Source: Eledone cirrhosa (lineage: Eukaryota). From it: DNA of 64,000 bases. Positions 56,770 to 64,000 of the stretch are shown here, one piece after another (positions within the stretch are counted from its first letter, which is position 1; every line of letters begins with the position of its first letter). Location: NCBI GenBank assembly GCA_964016885.1, contig OZ024743.1:273482001-273546000 (forward strand), given 5' to 3'. The translations under genes were made by a program, and so were the position numbers. Under the pieces are notes generated by a model. That model was not told the origin of the DNA, did not search any database, and saw only the letters and a program-made list of their open reading frames with translations.

Positions 56770-57535
56770 GGGCTGTGGTTAACGCAATATTTCCAATTTT
56801 ATATCGTCAAGTTGAGATTTTACCAATGTAGCATCGGTTGTTTTGTGAGCTAACTTTCGGTGAATGCTGTGTTGGTATATTTTATGTTTGTTGTTTTTTT
56901 CTCTGACATCGCTTCGGTGTGTGTGAGAGTGTGTGTGTATCCACCCACACTAACTGTGACCTTCTATAGTTCTACAGGTTTGATAATTTTTTGATGTGTG
57001 TATATATATGTATATATTCTTTCTTTGACCTCGAGCCGGTTTATCTAGGTGTGGAGTGTGTGTGTACCCACTCACATTAACTATGACCGACTATATCTCT
57101 ACAGATTTGATTGATGTCCAGCGTCTTTTGCAGCGATAGAAATCTGACAGGTTTTATAACCTCAACTGAAGTTGATAGCAGTCGCCGTATTTTGACTGCT
57201 TGATCTTCATATGAGGGAATAAACTCTGTGAGTGAACATCGCTAATTTTCTCTCTCATATCAAGAATTTGAAGACAATTCATTTTCACCTGATGGGATCA
57301 GTGATAATCGATCATGGCTTCACGATCGATCTATCTCTTATTGAAACATGTGTCGTGATTAAATGATTAGAATTTTACCTTGTCTTCGGATTTTCATTTT
57401 AATACTTATACTCCGTTTTACATCATGTTGCTTTTCTCTTGAATGGAATTGGAGATATACTAAAGCGTGGAGAACTTAATATTGGTAACATAAATTTATT
57501 GGACCGTTTTACACAACCAGTAATACACCTTACTA
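56052..57535 (+). mobile_element. 5'-truncated Naiad-like PLE: GIY-YIG C-terminus plus long 3' UTR
   Basis: [44 protein letters not shown] with a stop at 56239 (cf. CGLCNLE..LLNSKIEISMFCKH at 35.4 kb). Ends in (TA)n. Confidence 0.85.
57285..57358 (+). ncRNA. Type I hammerhead candidate in the Naiad 3' UTR
   Basis: TCAC CTGATGG ..ATCGATC..GATCGAT.. GAAA CATGTG TC GTGA, with A9->G. Confidence 0.65.
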
Positions 57536-57850
57536 TATATATATATATATATGTATTGAAGTTTCCGTTGAAAATAGAAAAAATCATAGGAGTGAAGAAT
57601 GCTCTATGTAAGTACCAGAGCAAAATTTAATGTATAAAAATCAATACAAAATAATTACCTCATTGCCAGAGGATTCCCGAATAAGACGAATACGAAAGAG
57701 ACATCTTCATTCGTTCGTCGGACGAGGCAATATAAAACATAGATAAATATTTTGAAAGTCTCCTCAAGAAATGCAAGAAAAATTATATATATATACTTGA
57801 AGGTAATACAATTGACATATAAAATATAAAATATATAAAAAAATATTATA

Positions 57851-58003
<153 letters not shown>

Positions 58004-58482
58004 ATATATAAACTCATATATACGTACATACACACGTATACACATGCATAAATATATATACACGCACACACATACATTTGCATACATGAAAAACAATTTA
58101 AAATATATTAATCTACATGCATATGTACGCATGTCCGCAGACATAGAGATATTGATATACATATGAAATGAGTGTATAGATATAGTACACACCCCCAAAA
58201 ATTATATAGATAAAAATGATATACACTATAATATATACAGCACAGAATACATTTACATACGTACATAAACACACATATATAAATATATACACACACACAC
58301 ATTCACACACACATACAAATATGCATATATATATATATATATACATATACATGCGCATATAAGAGTTAGCGCTCAACATACGCATATATAGACATGCGCA
58401 TACACACACATATATATAAATATACATATAAATACAAGAATACACACACAATTATACACAAAATAATATATATAACAACAAA

Positions 58483-58672
58483 ATGTGAGGTAGGGAACCA
58501 AGTGGACCATAAAGCACCAGAGTACTCGACACTTAGGGTAGTAGAGTGAGTAGTAGGAAAAGTGTCAGGACCCCGATGGCAGAGCTCCGGCCGTTTCGAC
58601 AGCTAGATCTGTTCGGATCTAGCTGCCGAAAAGGCCGGAGCTCAGCCGTCGGGGTCATAACGCTTTTCCTAT
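58483..58672. mobile_element. Family A fold-back fragment (hairpin centred at ~58611)
   Basis: GAGCTCCGGCCGTTTCGACAGCTAGATC-TGTTCG-GATCTAGCTGCCGAAAAGGCCGGAGCTC. Confidence 0.8.
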
Positions 58673-61600
58673 ATATATATATATAGAGAGAGAGAGGGGG
58701 TATTGTAAAACAGTAAGGATCGGTTAACTTGCGTATATATACATATGAAAACAATTTGTTATATTGTATTCAAAATGAATGAATTCCTCATCCTTCATAA
58801 AATTGTTTGGTTTTTCATTTTTACATTATTCATATAATATATACCTAAGTAAATTATTGGAAAATTCTCACGCTATATTCTAATTATGTTGAGTGTTTAG
58901 TGTTCAAGTAATTTGTTATCATACAATAGAAATAGAATTGAAAATATCTAGAAAGTATGTGATAAAATAGGAAGCGAAAATATATTGAATCATGAAAAAT
59001 ATATGTGAATATTGAATACAATTAATTGATGAGTAAGTCATTTCAGTTAGCATGAAAGTAATTGAGTTGACAAACTGGCGTCTGTTTATCTCGCCTAAGA
59101 ACGTATATTTTTAGATGGAAAATGTTGATTGTGATAGATGTGTCCTTCCTTAAACCATTTTCAGTTATTAACATTTTTGTTTGTTTCGAGTTTGAAATCC
59201 GGGTAATTTAATCGTATAGTTTATTTTTGCTGTTGAATTGGCGTATTAAACTGTTTAAAGGGATTTAATGTATATATTTTATGCACAGAGTCTTGAAGAA
59301 TCAATTTTGAATGTCAGACCAGGGAGCTTTTACATCACTCAAATATCGTATGAACATACATTAACATACTTCAAAGAACAATAGACAGCAGAGCAGAATG
59401 AATGATGAATATAAATCTAACATGGTGATCAAAAGATGACTTTAAATTATTTTATATTAGCAAAGTTTTTCAAATTCATTGCATCAAATTTATATATAAA
59501 GAAACAATAATCGTTATATACATGACAATTAGCATTTTCATTCTTATATTTTCGATTTCTCTAAACCCATTAAGATTCAGCTTTTGTTGGATTATTTATT
59601 AGCTAAACAATCAAAATAATATGAAGTTCAGTGGAAAATGTTAATAGCAACAATGAAGTTGTTTTAATACATTTTATAAATTTCGTTATGAAATCTCTTT
59701 TGACATATCACTCCTATAAAATAAGGTTTCTATTAACTTCAAAGTTATGTGCTATTTATTAATTTCGCCTATATACGCAGTCAATTTTGTCAATGGAAGA
59801 TGATATTCAATGGACACTATACGTTTAATTATGTAGTAAGCTGGGGCTTACTACATAATTAGACGTCTCTTTTTAAACCCCACTTTTTCCTAGAAACCAG
59901 AGAAAGTTTTAATCGCCCAACAACGACATCCTAAAGACTAATTCACATAGGATACAAAATATTATGTTTGATAGATTTCTGTCTGTGCTAGAACACACAT
60001 TTTCATGAGAAGTGTATAGATCATGAATTAATCTCAGAACCCATGTTACCCTGTCTTTTACTTCTTCTATGGAATTCCCTCCATATTGTTTTCTTGAAGT
60101 TGTCTATAGAATTGCTGTTCTTTAACATCAATTGGAAACATCAATATGGAAACCATGTATTCATCCTTAACAGGGAATACAGCTATCATCAATATTTACA
60201 ATCAGAAGGTTGTCAGTTATCTTTTCTTATTACACCATCATTTTCAATAAAACCTTCCCAACCAAACTGCATTTATAAACTCATAATTTGAAGAAATTAG
60301 CAGATATTTAATTTAGAATTAATCTAGTATTTTATAAATTTCTGCTTTTGATCTCTAGGTTTTTTTAGTCTTCCGGGTGAAGCAATGATATATTAGATGA
60401 AGAATTATAGTTATATATTTACACAAGGGGTTTTAATGAATTCTTACATGACTGCAGAAGTTGCTTTTATATTCCCCCCGGAGAGGCAGTCAATATTTAT
60501 ATATGAGCTTTGGACACAGATATCGAAACAGTTGAATATTTTCAAATTCAAATGTTTGTATAAATATCAAAGTTTAGTCATCAGATCTAGTTTTGTTTCA
60601 TTCATTCAATTAATCCCTTGAATCCTTTTTTACGTGAGGTATGGTATTAATTTTCATATTCGACGCAGTACCGTTAATACGATGTACAATCGTTGTTTTG
60701 CCTTTCTGTGTGAAATGTAAATTCAAAACGGCTAGATTGAAATACTGCTTTTAAAACGATTGAAATTAATTTATTCCGACGTCCTAACGTTTCTGAGAAT
60801 TTATAGCCCAAACTGGAATATATTGAATATAGCCTTCGATTTCTTTATTTTTCTTTCTTTTTTTCGTTTCTATTTCCATTTATTTATATTCAAAACCTGA
60901 AAGCAATTTCTATTCATGTTTGTCGATAGCATCTTCGGAGCTATAACAACTACACCATTTCTCGATGTTCTCTATTCTAAATTACATCATCCGCATAAGA
61001 CATTACATTCTACATTGTCTACATGTATCGACTATTAGATATAGACACCCAAGGTACCAGAATGTTGACCTATGCAGATGATTATACAATACAATGTTCA
61101 CCATAGAATAACTAGTTAATTTTTCCTACACAATCAGATAAAAGTAACACATTTATGTTAATCTTTATTCAACAGATGTTTAAATCTGATCAGTATTGCA
61201 ATCATAAGAATTGTGATGATGTTCTATTTCTAAGCATATTAACTGAATAAGTGAAAAAGCTACCAGCCGCTTGCTTTATCCGGTCCCTTAATCGAGGTAT
61301 CAGCGTTTGAGATATTCGCCCCGTATCTTTATTTGACAACACTACATATCTGTCTATATATCAGTCTCTCTTCCTATTTTTATGTCTGTATGTGCAAGTA
61401 CGCAGCAGACATATAGTGTAGATATCTCTGTATTGTGTATTAGAAGCCATCGCGCTAAAGCGAACGAAGTGTTGGGGTTCTATTCTTTTCTCTACATTCA
61501 GCAAGCTAAGAGTTTAAAGTAATTTCTAATATACGATCTGTTCTACCATAGAAATTGATTACTTCATGTATGATCGGCATTTCATCCACCCAGTCTGGGT

Positions 61601-62057
61601 TAGATTTATTCCTCGGAAGGTCCCGCGAACGTCAGGTTAGGCGGGGCGGGGGATCATACACATAACATTAGAATATACAGCACACAATCCAATTTTACAT
61701 AACAAAGTTAGTTTGGCGCAAGTAATTGAGATTGAGAAGTTATACATACAGGTATTAAATTAAAAAACTTCTAAACATCCTAAATTTAAAAAAGCCAAGG
61801 TAAGGGCACACATAAATTGCTAGTTCCATCTTTGGTGTGGCTTCCCACTGCGGGATTCCCGGGACAATTGCCTCCTTTGCTCCCCATTAAATCCGGCCCT
61901 GCACGCCGATGTAGAAATACATCTGTACGCAGAATCATAGACAAGAAGCATTCTGAAATGCAATTCACGTAGCATGTTCAAGTAAGTTGGAATAATTCAA
62001 GCTGCATTCACTTTATTATTTTCGCAGCAAAGCCATCTAATTTAAGACAAAAGCGAG

Positions 62058-62866
62058 TATATCAGCAAACTGGCCAGTCAGTTTACTGTAAATGAGCGAT
62101 AAATGGCCGCCTCTGCCAAATTCAAATTAAAAAGAGAACATTTCGCTCTAGATGGCTGAATACAATAAATGTAATCTGAGTTTTTCGAATATTAATAATA
62201 ACATTCGATTCGTTTTCAATTATGCAAACAAGCCTCAATTTTATAGCCATGTCAGTAGAATGGACACTTCATTTTTTCTCTTGTGTTGGCATGCGAATAG
62301 AATTGCAGACACTAATGTTTCTGGGTATCGTCCTTCATCAGTACAGATCACTGTTCACCTGCCAAACTGTCAGAGCTAGTGAAAGTATATGCTATTTTCA
62401 AAAATAGACAGTGACTGATCGGCTTGATTTGCATATTAGCAGACTGGCTGAACAGTCAGATCTGCATATTATCAGATACACTGATCACCCAGACATATAT
62501 ATCAGCAGACTGGCCAGTCAGTTTCCTGTATACGAGCGATAAATGGCCGGCTTTGCCAAATTCAAATAAAAATGAGAAAATTTCGCTCTACGTGGCTGAA
62601 TACAATAAATGTAATCTGAGTTTTTCGAATATTAATAATAACATTCGATTCATAAGCAATTATGCAAACAAGCCTCAATTTCAGAGCCATGTCAGTAGAA
62701 TGAACACTTCATTCTTGCTCTTGTGTTGGCATGCGAACAGAACTGCAGACACTAATGTTTCTGGGTATCACCCTTCATTATGTATTTTTGAAAATAGCAT
62801 ACATTTTCACTAGCTCTGACAGTTTGGCAGGTGAAGAGTGAGCTGTACTGATGAAGGGTGATACCT
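62058..62866 (-). mobile_element. Family E element: two tandem copies (62058-62405, 62500-62780) plus an inverted part (62785-62866), with an HHR candidate at 62304-62345 (-)
   Basis: TGTA CTGATGA AGGACGATACCCA GAAA CATTAGTG TC TGCA on the minus strand. Homologous to 11893-12213. Confidence 0.85.
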
Positions 62867-63765
62867 ATCGACCACATACACCTATAGAGCCTTCCACAGC
62901 AGGTCCCGTGAAACGCGGTAGTACCAAAAATACACCTCTTGGCATTACTTTCACTATTCCACGAAGACCAACCGCAGTATGAATATTTTGTCGGCTGTGG
63001 TGCTTCTGGGGCTGAAACCACACTGTTCGACAATATCCCTACATCTCTTGTCCGTACACATAGCACAAACTTTACCGGATAGGATTAAAAACAGATGCTC
63101 CTCTAATTGGAACGATATCTCTTGTCTCCCTTTTTAGAAATAGGGATTATAACTCCTGATCACATTTCTTAGGTATTTTTATAGATAACCAGGACACTCC
63201 GTATACTCACGTCAGCCAGAAAACACCGTCTCTATTCAAGGCTTCTAATATCTCGGACCAAATTTCATCCTCTCCCGCGGGCTTGCTAGCTTTTTGCGCG
63301 TAACCTCAGCCTCAGAGAGATTAGACATCACTCCCAGCAATGTATTATGTCCACCATGCGAAGATGCACCATTCTGAAGGGAGAAAAACTCCAGACGCAT
63401 TTCTGATAGCATTTGTAGACGCGGACTTTTTATTATAAAGTCGAAAGTCATTGGAGTAACGTTACTCGATAGAGTATGCAGCCCAGAGATCAAAGAGTGT
63501 CTCCGTGTAGAGCCGCTATTTCTTCGAAGTGAGAAATGTCCCCGGAAAGAATTGCTGGAGAGTTTTGACGGGCAAAACCAACCGGCAGAAGACCAAGTGT
63601 AGACCGCGAATAAGAGGTTCGGATAACATCCATGTGCTCGGTTGGTCACGCTTGGGGATTCAGCCGGAATAATTGGAGATGGGTGCATTTGACAGAGCTC
63701 ACTGCAGTGAGGATTTAAGGACGTTGCTCCTACGCCATCTGCGGAATATGTAGGTGAAGAAGACA
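62866..63765 (-). mobile_element. RTE/Expander-like LINE RT fragment (degenerate)
   Basis: KPAGEDEIWSEILEALNRDGVFWLT..GVIIPISKKGDKR..GKVCA..EQCGFSPRSTTADKIFILR..RVSRDLLWKAL. Confidence 0.85.
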
Positions 63766-63787
63766 TAGATATGTATATATATATATA

Positions 63788-63841
<54 letters not shown>

Positions 63842-63845
<4 letters not shown>

Positions 63846-63942
63846 ATGTATATTATACTCCAGAAACTGTTGAGTGCTCTAAATCAGTTATAGACATTTA
63901 TATTTGTTGAATTACCAACAAATTAAGTATCCCTTCTGCTTA
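63842..63942 (+). mobile_element. Family D 3' tail fragment within (TA)n
   Basis: Homologous to 47425-47527 (TATTATACTCCAG, TTTGTTGAATTACCA.CAAATT). Confidence 0.7.
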
Positions 63943-64000
63943 TATATATATATAAAAACGGAAAAAATGAAATTTCATTCCTCATTCTTAGTACGGCTGA

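Noticed and set aside
57205-57240. SECIS-like ATGA..AAA..TGAG in the Naiad UTR
   Set aside because: The helix between the putative quartet and the AA loop is only ~4 bp, too short for a SECIS.
61040-61100. MLTYADDYTI RT-like motif
   Set aside because: Too short and isolated to assign, though it may be a tiny LINE remnant.
61845-61902. CAGGGCCGGATTTAA terminal-inverted-repeat-like end (minus strand)
   Set aside because: No partner end or TSD was found.
63245-63766. 173-aa ORF as a host gene
   Set aside because: It lies in an alternative frame of the degenerate RTE LINE.

Overview
Very AT-rich, microsatellite-dense eukaryotic DNA, probably intronic or intergenic. The tRNA-derived SINEs resemble those I recall from octopod cephalopods, which is an inference. 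I cannot support any host protein-coding gene, and most listed ORFs are (TA)n/(CA)n/(GA)n artefacts. The window is dominated by retroelements. There are two near-complete but disrupted Penelope-like elements (PLEs): a Nematis-like RT plus GIY-YIG element at 8.7-11.9 kb (+) and a Naiad-like element at 34.6-38.6 kb (-) with ~700-bp inverted terminal repeats. There are further PLE remnants, fragments of CR1/L2, RTE, Vingi and CRE non-LTR elements, and SINEs. The main hidden layer is about 20 type-I hammerhead-ribozyme (HHR)-like folds in at least 8 unrelated sequence families. They are carried by PLE termini and by short non-coding, retrozyme-like elements that sit in (TA)n tracts and repeatedly form fold-back structures. 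One multi-copy family has a fixed non-canonical core (CUGARAA, G8->A) and a palindromic stem III loop. All folds were read by eye and none was computed or tested.
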